Shown: positions 51,206-51,604 of the stretch, one piece after another
Layout: each line of letters opens with the position of its first letter
How positions within the stretch are numbered: position 1 is the first letter of the stretch
NCBI RefSeq assembly: GCF_001194135.2
Contig: NC_068982.1
Coordinates: forward strand, 179,660,417-179,712,020
Direction of reading: 5' to 3'
From: Octopus bimaculoides
Taxonomy: Eukaryota
DNA length: 51,604 nt
Made by a program: the position numbers and the translations under genes
The notes under the pieces: generated by a model
Told to the model about the DNA's origin: nothing
What the model saw: only the letters and a program-made list of their open reading frames with translations
Database searches by the model: none

Positions 51206-51588
51206 TATATATACATATATATACACATATACACATGTATATGTACATACATATGTATATGTACATATACATATATACGCATATATATATATATATATAC
51301 AAATATACACATATATACGCATATATATATATACAAATATACACATATATACATATATATATATATACATACATACACACACATGTATATATATATATAT
51401 ACATGCATACACACATGTATATATATATATATATATACACACATATATGTATATATACATATACACATATATGTATATATACGTATATATACACACATAT
51501 ATACATCTATGTATATATACGTAGACACATATATACATCTATGTGTGTATATATATATACATATATATATACACATATATACATATAC
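51119..51588. repeat. Long compound TG/TA/CA microsatellite
   Basis: Direct reading of the sequence. Confidence 0.95.
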
Positions 51589-51604
51589 CGAGGTTATTTG
51601 AGGT

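Noticed and set aside
50956-51601. Long ORFs (up to 206 aa) of Y/I/C/V/H/T; similar ones at 1788-2039, 13303-13953, 22550-22849 and 24561-24755
   Set aside because: They are translations of TA/TG/CA microsatellites.

Overview
AT-rich, microsatellite-rich animal genomic DNA with four N gaps. Repeat families and composition suggest a cephalopod, most likely Octopus (inference). The main feature is the 3' half of a CELF1/2-type RNA-binding protein gene (CUGBP/ETR-3/Bruno family) on the minus strand. Six coding exons (48331 down to 35786, all junctions phase 1, canonical GT-AG) splice into about 244 aa covering the divergent linker and a complete RRM3 ending [11 protein letters not shown] donor lies 22 nt after the stop. 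A probable 5.4-kb non-coding terminal exon (26166 down to about 20809) ends at AATAAA plus a U/GU-rich element. RRM1/2 exons lie beyond the right edge. Introns hold RTE LINE and SINE remnants, a 46-bp hairpin and a tandem repeat. The left 18 kb is repeat-rich (mariner MITE, tRNA-derived SINEs, decayed LINE, minisatellites) with only weak exon candidates. The most interesting signals are splicing-regulatory features of the CELF gene: a candidate 21-nt microexon, four in-frame tandem donors, a duplication-derived alternative donor, a GU-rich element at the RRM3 exon and (CUG)9 in its own 3' UTR. All were read by eye and need RNA-seq confirmation. No rRNA, true tRNA or CRISPR array was seen.
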